A DNA stretch of 53,166 nucleotides, counting the filler, from Basidioascus undulatus (Eukaryota): NCBI GenBank assembly GCA_000826855.1. It is 4 parts of 4 records of this genome, joined end to end, with 100 filler letters (N's around TTAATTAATTAA, not from the genome) between each part and the next. Parts side by side here need not be neighbours in the genome. Positions count along the whole stretch, not along the records: positions 1 to 16,526 come from JTLS01000945.1; 3 more parts are not named here. One strand, written 5' to 3'. Below the pieces are notes generated by a model. The model did no database searches, had not been told where the DNA came from, and saw nothing but the letters and a program-made list of their open reading frames with translations. Positions 1-10,417 of the stretch are shown one piece after another; position 1 is the stretch's first letter, and each line of letters opens with the position of its first letter. Both the position numbers and the translations under genes were made by a program.

Positions 1-1094
1 GTAAATCGCGCTCGAGAGATTGCCCAATCGCTGGACCTTAGCGAACAGCCCCTCCCAAACCAATCGCGCTCCCTCCCGCCCCCGCGCACGCGCCCCCGCC
101 GACGCGCAACGCGTCCGTCTCCGGCTCTGCGCCTGGCAGGCCGGATAACATCCGCGGGAGGAGACAGAGCGTCACGGTCGGGTCGTCTTAGTCTTAGATG
201 TCGCGGTTCGGTTCGGTCTTGGCTTGGTTTCCTTATTTTCTCGATCGGTTTCTCTTGGTGCTCGGAACGCTGCCTCTGCCTTTTTCGTACCCCGCTTCGA
301 CTTCTTGTCCTTATATCCGGCTTTGCATGCCCGCCCTCAGCGTTGTCTGCTTGTACGCTCACCCTCACTCGTACCCGCCTCGGACCATTCCCTCCCCTTA
401 CACACACACCCCTGCTTCCTTCCTCCACCCCCGGCTTGCCATAAAACCCTCTCCGCTGCATTACGCTTCACCCCGCCCTTCCCTCGCTCAGCTGGCTGGC
501 CCCTCGCTTGCCTATCTCATCTACCTACCTCGGCTATTACACTTCACTTCCTCACGCCCGCCTAGTTTGCATACATATCTACATACAAGCATGCGTACGC
601 AGAACATTATGTGATGCGAAGGATGTGGGATGGTGCTCCGAGGGCTGCTGGTCAAGCGCAGAGGCCGGCTGAACGACGCGTGTCGGGATCCAGCTCTCCT
701 TTCCTGCGTCCCGTAGACATGCTCGAGTACTCTGGAGAGCGTCGACGTATGCGGCTGCTATCCTGTTCATGAGGCAGTCCATCGGGCTGTTCTACCCGCG
801 ACGAAGGATGACAGTGGAGAGATGCGGCGGTGGCCGGATAGCCTGGCTCTCGGAATGTTTGTTTCTACTCCTCGGTTGTATTGGGGCTAATTAGATTCGC
901 GCTCCTACAAGTTGGAAAGGGTCACGGTGCATCCCAGGAAGTTATACCAATGAGGGCTGTACGAGCACAGATGCAGTACCTGCTAAGCACAGATGAAACG
1001 CTGGAGAGCACGCAGCTCTGCGGTTCTCACCCGCTTGCAGCGCCACTTCGCCCTAGCTAGCTGCTGCTCCCCCAGAATATTTCAGGACTGCTCT

Positions 1095-1140
1095 TCTATG
1101 TTGAATGAGGGAGATCGTCTATGTTGAATGAGGGAGATCG
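1095..1140. repeat. Perfect 23-bp tandem duplication (TCTATGTTGAATGAGGGAGATCG x2)
   Basis: Two identical adjacent copies at 1095-1117 and 1118-1140. Confidence 0.95.
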
Positions 1141-2031
1141 TCCCACTTCCGTATGTCGACATGCTCTGAATCAGCTAGACGACCGTACTCCTCGTCCTGA
1201 ACGTTAACGGCAGGGGCACGATGAAGCTTCCGCATCTCTGCTCTTCGCCGGCCCCCTTTTCTGGGTGTACGACATAGGTATTCCAGCTTCAGCCGAACAA
1301 GAGAGTTTCCCGTTAGTGCCATGGTCCTAGTGACGGGAGTTCAGGCTTCCAATGAGTCTCAACAGGTTCAGTTTCTCCCGGGTGCGTGGGCTTGCTGCAA
1401 TCGGTGCATCATACTGGCTAGTCAAATTTTCTACTTTCTCGCAGATTAAATTTGTATTTTTAATAAGGATTATCGGGTTGGCTCGAGCCTCCTTTGCGAC
1501 GACCCACTGCCCGACTTACACTGGTTGCTTGCGCAAGCTTGCTTGCTGCCCCACGGAACTGCCCACGCCACTCCGTCTATCTTTCTCTCCAACAGCTGAA
1601 GTTCCAATCCAGACTTTTCTCACATACTCCCAACGTGTGTCTGCTGAAATGCTTGCTACGTCTTTCCACCGACTTGGCAAGAGGAATCGGGCTGTGCTTC
1701 CGAAGACGCGTCTATTGCCGGCTCCTCGGCCCCGACGAATTCCCCGTCCCGCTCCGGCGTGCAAGACGACTCGGACACTGACCATGACTCTCGATGTTTC
1801 TTCGAACCCGTTTCCGAGCCCGTGTTCGATACCATATCCGCTCCAGCTGACAGTAAAAAGCCACTTCGATCGAAATCGTCCTCGCCGTCTCAATTCGCAC
1901 CACTTACGCCGAGCCTCTGCTCACGTCGAACGTCCTGTTGCCATCGTCTGGAACCCGAAGGTAGGTTGCTTGTCAGGCAAAACATTGAGGTTTTGCGTTG
2001 TCTGATGAGGCGTGGTATGCCACTCAGCAGC

Positions 2032-3233
2032 ATGATTCGCTCTAACGCTCTTCGGATTGCCTCGACCGCTTCGAGGCGTGCCCTCCTGCACACTCCCGCC
2101 GTGCCCTACGGCGTTGCCCACTGCGCTACAGGGTCCTGCTCTCATCCTGCTACCCTTGGAAAACAACCGCCCCTCGCGCTCGCTCGGACCATGCTCACCT
2201 CTACCACCGTCGCCCCGGCCGACCCCTATCGCCGGCACATGAGCTCCGGGCCAGGGATCCCAGACGTCTTCACCTTCTTCGACGTCCCGACCGCGACGTG
2301 GACGTACGTGGTCGCGGACCCGGCAACGCGCGACGCGGTCGTCATAGACCCCGTGCTCGACTACGAGCCCAACTCGGGCACCGTTTCGACCCGCACGGCG
2401 GACGGCATCCTCGCGTTTATCGACTCGAACGCGCTGTGCGTCCGTCGAATACTCGAGACGCACGCACACGCCGACCACCTTACCGCCGCGCAGTACTACA
2501 AGGAGCAGCTGGGCGGAGATGTCCCTGTCTGCATCGGGACGCGCATCGGGCAGGTCCAGAGTACGTTTGGCGCGATCTACGGGATCCCGCAGGAGGAGCT
2601 CAAGGGCGCATTCGACGAGCTCTTTGAGGATGAGCAGGAGTTCAACGTCGGCGACCTTACCTGTCGGGTGATTCACTTACCCGGTCATAGTGCGTGTTTC
2701 ACGCTCAGTTTTACTGCGTGGGATTCAGGACTTACGATGACGAACAGCTCCCGACCACGTCGGATACGTCCTGGGCAATTCCGTCTTCACTGGCGACTCT
2801 ATCTTTCTTGTACGCAGTCCTTCCCTGAATTCCAGTAACCCACTTATCCCTAACCCTCACGCGCCCCCGCCAGCCGGACGTCGGCAGCGCGCGCGCCGAC
2901 TTCCCTGGCGGGTCAGCCGCAGACCTCTACACCTCGATGCAGCGCCTCCTCGCACTCCCGCCCTCGACCCGCCTCTTCGTAGGGCACGACTACCCAGCCG
3001 ACGACCGGTCGCAAAGCTGCTGGTCGACCGTCGCCGACCAGCGGCAGCGCAACAAGCACGGCAAGCACGGCGTCGACGCCGCTGCGTTTGTCAAGTTCCG
3101 GAGCGAGCGCGACGCCGGCCTGGGCGCGCCCAAGCTTCTCCATCCGGCGTTGCAGGTCAATATTCGGGCGGGGAGGCTACCGAAACCGGATGAGGACGGA
3201 AGGGTGTTCTTCAATATCCCGGTGCGGTCGTAG
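2032..3233 (+). CDS. Mitochondrial persulfide dioxygenase, metallo-beta-lactamase fold (ETHE1/Blh-SdoA-like), 3 exons
   Basis: Arg/Ser/Ala-rich presequence MIRSNALRIASTASRRALLH; motifs IDPVLDY, THAHADH (HxHxDH), PGHTPDH, FTGDSIF-PDVGSARADFPGG, FVGHDY and LLHPALQVNIRAGRLP. Introns about 2690-2747 and 2810-2873 restore the frame; stop TAG ends at 3233. Confidence 0.9.
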
Positions 3234-3742
3234 ACGGTGTGGTTGCAAGGCTCATGGACATTATGCTCAGACACTGTTGTATTTTTATTGTTGCTCTGCC
3301 TATTTGAAGTATCGTTGCGTACGACTCCCTCACACAGAAGTTGGCTTCACCATTTGAAATAGCCCGGTCTGATCTGCGTCCTTCCACCGTGAAGTTCCTG
3401 AAATATGCAGGGGGCTTAGGCTTGACGGGCGGGCTGTTATCACTCTTCCTTACAGGCACTCAATGATGGCTGTGCAGCACAATACCTCAAGCATGACTTC
3501 ACTGTCGACTCTGAGGCAGGCTGACAACCGAGTCCTCCCGTGCGCAAAATGGCACAAGCCGCTGGTGGACTCGCAAGCTCGAAAGGTGTTCTCCTGAGCA
3601 ATCCCAAGACCTATTGGTTGCATTTTGCAGTGAGCAGATCATGCACCAGCAGTCCACCGGCAGTCAGGAACTTCTTTCGGTCCATGATCTTATTCAAGTG
3701 ACAACCCCAAAAAAGTGCTCTAGACCCACAGACTGAAACCCT

Positions 3743-4627
3743 CAGTAAACAATCTCCTTCTCCCCGCCCGTACCTTACTCATACGCCTTCAAGTACAGGG
3801 TGGCAAGGTCGGTTTTGTTGTACTTCTTGTCTTCGTCGGAGACATGCCCGCAGATCGTGATCGTTGCCACGTGAATCCCTGGGGAAGTCGCCGTGTAATG
3901 CGTACTCAGGTATGCCCCAGGGTTTGTCTTTGGAAAATGCAGAAGAAGTGCATTTCGTACCCTTATGCTTGAGGTAGCCGTTCAAGTTGTTTACGACGTG
4001 CATGAGGGCAGCCTTCGAGGCGCCGAGACCGGCAAGACGGGAACCCTCATGCGAGAGAGACCACCGCCCGTTAGAGAAGCTGGAGAGTAATAAGTGCAAA
4101 GAGGCAGTGACTGACGAGCGCGACGGTACTGGTAGCCGTGGACGAAAACAACCAGACGCACCGTCTTCTTGTCCCCTGTTAAATTCTTAGCCGCCCACTG
4201 CCCGACCGCCAGTCCGGTCACCGGACCAAGCAGGTGGTGGTCCCTCATCTCCTCCCACCCAACCTCCAGAATATCCTTGCGCCCGAACGCGAGTCCTGCG
4301 GCGTTGTAGACGACTACGCCCGGTTTGCCAAGCTCGGATACCAGCTTGTCAAGCGCCTCGATCACAGAGGGCGGCTCGAGAGCATTCGAGGAACCGAGCA
4401 GATCTTGACAGGTGCGGCAAACATGGGCGGCTGGGGATTGCGTGAGGTGATTCCGAGGGAAGTGAAGGCGTTGCGATGAAGAGTTCCGCAACTGGTTAAT
4501 TGTGAAGTAAATTAATGTCAGCCAGTGACTGAAGGGGCATAGGAATCTCAATAATAGTGACCACAAACACACCTGCGCTTGAGATACCTGGGCCGTAGCC
4601 TACGATGAAGACTGTCCTGGGAGACAT
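3743..4627 (-). pseudogene. Short-chain dehydrogenase/reductase (SDR) pseudogene
   Basis: MSPRTVFIVGYGPGISSA (Rossmann motif), VVVYNAAG, TGGGLS, LAGLGASKAAL and IHVATITICG lie in different frames within apparent exons. An in-frame TAA precedes the terminal GTGGEKEIVY. Confidence 0.75.
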
Positions 4628-5855
4628 GCGGCAGGATGGCGTGCACAAAACGGACGAGAGATGAGGACGTTGCCTAGCTAGCCAACGCGCTTTATGCATC
4701 TCAAAGCCGACAGGGTCACGGAAAAGTATGCGCTAAAATGTGGAGTAAATACGCTATAAATCATAAGTGTTGTGAGACGTTGACGGTGGGCACAATGCCG
4801 GCGAAGCAGCCGCTGCAGTGGGCAGTTGCAGAGAACCGATTCCATGCCTTTTGCCTGCTATCCGTACGCACAGGTGCCATGAGGTCCAAATTACTCCAAT
4901 ACCCCTGCATTCAGTTGGGTGAAAATTTGACCCTCTTGTAAGAATCTATCAATGTCTAATCTCCTGAGTTGTGGGGGTGTGCAGAGGTCGAACGTACGCC
5001 AGAAAGTGGGCCTCGTAACAAACGAGCGGGAGGACGGACGAGTCCCCTAGCAGGAAAAATTTCTTTAGATTTCCCTGGTGCAAGTATTCGCAACTCAAAG
5101 AGGGGTGCCAACGGGAGTGCCGACTTTCTAATGTAGCATTCTGCGAAGTCCAAATTGTCGTGGCTGTGCATCTATGCCGAGCCCATGCCCCAGGACTTCC
5201 TTAACAAAATCCTCAGAAGGCTACCTCTCCTTCCTCGAGCTGTGTCATTCATAGCTGAAATTTGCACGTAAAGAGTGGCGAGCAGTTGATGGCGCAACAC
5301 AGGTTCGCGGGTTGGGACTGTTGGCGGAAACGAACAAGGCTCTCGCTTGCGTCTTGCATCCTCGAGGCACACTTTGAGATAAGGAAGATTAATCATGAAC
5401 AATCAAGTGCTCTCTCGATAGTATTGAATGCAAAGCCCAGCCCATTTTACCCTCTGAATGCTCTCGGAGCCATTTGCGCCACTGGCGCCGCGGTAACTGC
5501 TAGTCGAGTGTGGTTGTTGGTGGTTGTCCACGCTATTCTCTTTCGCATAAGGGAGGGCTGGGTAAGCCTCTCATAATCTTCACACGGCGACGTGGCCCTG
5601 AGACTCAGCGGTTGTGCCTGACAGAGAAACTGAACAAGGCCAGAAATTGTGGCGGATTCTCTCATCCAGGCCGTGTGAATGTCAAGCCACCCCTTGCCCG
5701 AGTGAAAGTTCGCAAGTCGAATAAAAGCCAGCTTGCCCCCCCCTCCGTCTGATATATACTTCACTCCCCTTCATTGGGTCCTTTCTTCCCCCGTACACAC
5801 TCTTTAACATACTCACTTATTCACGCCGAAGTACCGGTGCATCGGCTACGGACAA

Positions 5856-7582
5856 ATGCGTTGCACTCCCCATCTCGTCGTGGCTTCCGCTGCCCGTCCT
5901 TGCTCCCCTCGTCGCGGTCCACGGCTTCATCACCTCCATCACAACCATGGAGAATGGAAAAATCTTCCTGGATCCGACGGATGGCACGGAACAAGATTAA
6001 ATTCGCAGTCGATCGTCGGGGCCAGAGAGACGACCGCTCTGAGTACGTTGTTCACCTCCTGTCACGGCGACACCCCAGTCGATGGTCGATGGGGACCGGA
6101 CGGTTTTCTCTGACAAAAGTGGGATTCGTTGACATGCTACGACCTGACATGCTACGACCTTGGCAGCCCCGACATGCTTTGTGGCTTGCAAACCGGCGGT
6201 CGCACGGCTGCACTGGTAGCGGACGTCACTGCGGGCAGCCAGGTCAACGGTGCGTTTCGCTCTGTTGGCCCCGATTCGCAAACAAGCTAAATGATGCTGC
6301 ACCTCAAAATCGCACAGTCAAGTGGGGTGGTCTCATGGGTGAGTCGAAGTTTGCGACGACCACGTACGTTGAGCCACCGACCCCATCGACACACCAACTG
6401 ACCGCCTTTTCCTTCCTTAGAATGGGCCCCTGATGATGTGTACGCCACCTCCGAATGGTCAAGTTCACATTCGCTGTGACTAATGACAACTTTGCTTGGC
6501 AGACATCGCCGACTGTAACGGCGACTGCCGGACGTTCAATCCCAGCGGGGCTGTCTGGATCAAAGCCTACGGCATCGGTCTCACCCGGGCCAGTTCGCGT
6601 CCTCGTCGATTAAGAGCGCAGGGTGAAACTTCCCCATCCCGAGCTACTCCAAGTCGGGACAGTACCTCGTTCAGTTCAACACTCTTGCGGTCGGTCCTTG
6701 ATCCACCACCCCTGCCTATTTTCATGTCTGACATACAGACACACAGTCTTCGTATAGCTGCACTGGGAGTATGTCTTGATGTTTTTCTGTTTTGAAAGCC
6801 GACCTTGCTGACCGTTGTCTTGAAGGTTCCACCCGGAGTTCTAACCCCAGGTAAGTCCATGGCGGTTCCTGTGATGTCGATGGGAGGCCTGACACTCTTT
6901 GACCGTGTGCAGTGCGCCCAATTCAACATTAAGAGCAGCGGCTCAGTCAACATCAACAACGTCCCGGCGAGCCAGAAGGTTGACCTGCAGCGGGTAAGCG
7001 TATCCTCCGTGTTCAGCAGTGCACCGCTAACGCACTGCTTGCCGAAACCTGCAGGTCTATCAAGGTGTGTCCCGTGTTCGACAGACGAGGCACATCGCAT
7101 TCTGACTATAGATCTTTTAGGTCACCCTGGCTTGGTGAACCTCAACATCTGGAATGACCCTTGTGAGTCTTTGACGGGCGCTTCAACGGGTCGAGGCACG
7201 CAGGCTCATTGACGCCTTGAAAACAGAACACATCGCGAACAAGAAGTGGCTCACGGTAGGCCAATAACCCTCTGCAGTCCAATGGTGTCATTTAAGTCAC
7301 TGTCAACACTCTGGGTTGCCTTCAGTACAACATGCCCGGGTAAGCCAAGTGCTTGAATGTAGCAGTCCCGAGCATACGAACTGACGTGCCTCCCGACGCA
7401 GCGGTCCGGTCTTCTCCGCCCTTGCCCCCACCCCGGCGCCGCAGACCCCTACGTCCATGTCCACGACCTTCTCGACCACCAGCCTGGGCTGCGCCACCAC
7501 GGTGACCGTCACGAAAACCGTCACGCAGACGGTGACGATCCGCGCCAAGCGGGCGTGGGGCTCGGACGTCGACGCCGAGTGA
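5856..7582 (+). pseudogene. AA9 lytic polysaccharide monooxygenase, degenerate
   Basis: Signal peptide followed by mature N-terminal HGFITSIT; SPDMLCG..TAALVADVTAGSQV; MGPLMM..IADCNGDCRTFNPSGAVWIK; SGQYLV; QCAQFNIKSSGS; HPGLVNLNIW; GPVFS plus a Thr-rich tail. There is a frameshift within the signal peptide and a TAA shortly after His1. Confidence 0.8.
6131..6160. repeat. Perfect 15-bp tandem duplication (GACATGCTACGACCT x2) inside the AA9 remnant
   Basis: Identical copies at 6131-6145 and 6146-6160. Confidence 0.9.
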
Positions 7583-7822
7583 ACGACGGTCTCCTCCTTT
7601 TATCTGTTTTTAGCGAACGGTATCTGCTGTTTTTTTTTCACGGGTTGAGATAGTTTCTGTGTTCCGGGCGAAGCTGTACGGGGCCCCTGGTACGCCGCAC
7701 AGGCGGCGGCGTGCAGTTTAATCAATTATTAAGCATGTATTCGCATTAAAGGCCTGAGTAATGGCCTGCCCAAGAAAAGAGAATAAGTCCTTGCGTGTGC
7801 GCTGCTCGTCATCGCGCCGTTC

Positions 7823-9108
7823 TCAAGCGCTCGGGACGGCGTCGAACTTTGCCTTGCCGCCGTACTGCTCGGGCAGCTCGTCCGCGTCGACGTGCGGAAG
7901 GAGCTCCTTGCCGATGGTGTCCTTGCCCTTGCCGACAACCGCCATCTTGGCGAACGTCGCAGCGGGCAGGATGGGCTTGAAGAGCCTGTGCAGGTAGACA
8001 ACGGAAGGAAGGCGGAGTCAGTTCGGCGTGAAAGAAGTCCCGGGCTTTGAGAACGCACCAAAAGATCCACGAGAAGACGGCTGGGACGTTAATGAAGAAT
8101 TTCCGGTACTGTTTGATAATATGCATGAGTGGAAGGGCAGAAAGGGGCAGGTGAGGTGATCGAGACGGACGAGAAGCTCCGGGTAGTGCGCCGAAAATAG
8201 CTCGGTCGCCTTCTTCGCTGCTTCCTTCGCGTTGGCGTCCCTGCTGGACATGGAGACGCCGAGATAATCATGAATCTGGAGAGTTGCATCGGTAGTCTCA
8301 AAGTCGAGGAGGTCCACGGATTTCTCCATGAGGCCGATACGCCAACTAAGCATCGCCACAATCGGGTCAGATTGCCGTGGTTAAGGTAGAAAAATGGGCA
8401 AGACGGACCGCAGGAAGCGGTCCACGTCCGAGAACGCCTCCTTGAGCGCCTCGGCGTCGGAGTACACGTTGACGCTGTTAGACGTTCGTCCCGTCAACAC
8501 CTTCTCCTCCTGGCAAACCCACCGTAAAGTAACAGACGTACGTGATCGGCCTTCCTCCCTTGTCCTTCCCGAAGATCAACCCGAGCTTGTCAAATGCAGC
8601 AGGGAAGTCCTCCTTCGCCGCGTCCTCAGGCTTGAACTCCGCGCGCCAGGCGAGCGTCTCCTTGAGCTGCTTCGCCGCTGCGTCGACGTTGAGCTCACTG
8701 CAGAGGCCACATCGTGTCCCCGTGAATAGTGCGGTTGGCAAAGTGTGAGGAGGTGGACGCACCGAGCGCGAAGGAACTTGACCAGCACCATGTCCGCCTT
8801 CGCGTCCTTCACGACGGGGTCGAGCACGATGCCCGCCCAGAACTTAGTTGGCTTGCCATCGGGGAGGATGTCGGGAAGATTGGCCTGGAAGCGCGTGTGT
8901 AATGGATGAGTGAGCGTGCCAGGCTACTGAGGGGGATGGGAGGCCGGTCACTGACTCGCAGTTGCTCGACCCCGGCACGCTCTTCTGGCGTGAACGCGTC
9001 CGTGAGCGCGTTCGTCTCCTTCACAGACAGTGCAGTCGGCGCGTTGTCGACGGCCTGCGGCTTCGCTTCTGTTGTTGTGGGCGGAGGCGCAGACTCGGAT
9101 TCGGTCAT
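7823..9108 (-). CDS. SFH5: Phosphatidylinositol transfer protein Sfh5 (CRAL-TRIO/Sec14-like), multi-exon
   Basis: LVKFLRAR, QLKETLAWRAEF, GKDKGGRPITY, DVDRFLRWRIGLMEK, QIHDYLGVS, FSAHYPELL, KFFINVP and DELPEQYGG joined by GT-AG introns. Confidence 0.9.
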
Positions 9109-9313
9109 GGCGCGATAGAGGCTGATGAGGTTGAGAACGAAGATGGGGGGATCGGGGACTTTCCGGACGGCCGGGCGATTAGATAGCGCATCGATCTGTC
9201 AGGGCCGAGTCGGAGTGGAACGCCAAAGTACAGCACACGCAATGACCCTGATGCTCACGGCAATCACAAGCTCAAATATGAAGCAGATTTTGTCCATGCT
9301 TCAACCATCGGTA

Positions 9314-10085
9314 TCAGTCTCGGTCAAGCTGATCTCCGTCACCGCCGTCGTCGCCCTCGCCCGCACCACCAGCGCCTCTCGTACCCCTCCCTGCGCCGCC
9401 TCCCAAATCCCCACTCGCGTGATCTCCTGCAGCAGCAGCAGCGGCAGCAGCAGCAGCCGTCTCCGCCGCCGCGGCCGCTGCGTGCGAACCTGCGGAGCCT
9501 GGCGCCGCGCCCGCCTTCAAGCGCGCCATGCTCGGGTCCTCGAAGGGCAGCATGTCGCGCAGCGCCATCTCGTCCCATGGTGGTCGGCCCGAGAGGTTCA
9601 AATAGTCCGGCGTGAGCTGGTCGGCTAGAGAGCGCGAGCCGGGGCCGGGTGCTAAGGCGGAGAAGGCCTGCTTGAAGGGGTTGCCGTAGGGGTAGGAGGG
9701 GTGCGTGTTGGAGGGTAGGGCCGCTGCGGGGAGGGAACGTAAGGGCATTGAGATTGAGAGAAAATGGGAGCCCGGGACGCACTCTCATCGTCGTCGTCGG
9801 GTACGGGGAGGAGTTGGAGGGGGACTTCGATGTCTGCTCGCAACGAAGATCAAACAGCGTTCCCGCCTGAGACGACTGGATGCGAACAACCAACTCACCG
9901 TCGTCCGGCAGCTCGTCCTGAATCTCATCCCACTCCTCCACATAGTCCAGCTCATCCAGTGCCTCGTCCGTCATGTGCAGATAGCAGAAGCGGCTGTCCT
10001 GGTCGAGGGGCGGAGGAAAGGGACGCTTGAGCAGGCGACCGTGTCGAACCTAGCGCTTTCAGGCGAAATGGAAGCGTACGCTCAT
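9314..10085 (-). CDS. APC13: Anaphase-promoting complex subunit 13 (Apc13/Swm1-like)
   Basis: Spliced product MS|DSRFCYLHM...EEW...DELPDDDIEVPLQLLPVPDDDD...PPWDEMALRDM matches the Apc13 pattern DSxxxxxHM / DxLPxDDIxVP / WxDLxL. The first coding exon is a 6-nt ATGAGC. Confidence 0.75.
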
Positions 10086-10417
10086 GTTGACCGCGTTGTG
10101 TGTTCTTTGTTGGGAGCTTGTGATGGGAAGTGTATCAAATAAAGACAAGGGCGGGTTGAAGAGGGCGTCTCTAAGGGCGGATGCGGTTCGGGTTCAAGAA
10201 GCAAGAAGCATCCGGCTCGAGCTCACGCGTCCAAGTGCTCGCTCGAGTCCTGACCCTGACCGTCATCGCTCACACCCTCGCTTACTCCTCGACGGCTGCG
10301 CATTAACCCAGTCCTGTACATTTCAAAATCACTGCACATTTCGATCAAATATCTGACTTTACGGACGTGCAACAGTCTTGCGGCTACTGTCCTCGCACCT
10401 CTCGCTCCGGACCGGCG

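Noticed and set aside
198..614. 138-aa and 113-aa ORFs at the window start
   Set aside because: Pyrimidine-rich low-complexity sequence with no coding motifs; more like UTR or promoter DNA.
1759..2031. In-frame upstream extension of the persulfide dioxygenase ORF as a fusion domain
   Set aside because: It starts at GTG rather than ATG and has no recognisable motif. The presequence begins near ATG 2032, although nearby upstream in-frame ATGs cannot be excluded.
2848..2857. CCCTAACCCT as a telomeric repeat
   Set aside because: Under two units and located at an intron branch point (CTAAC).
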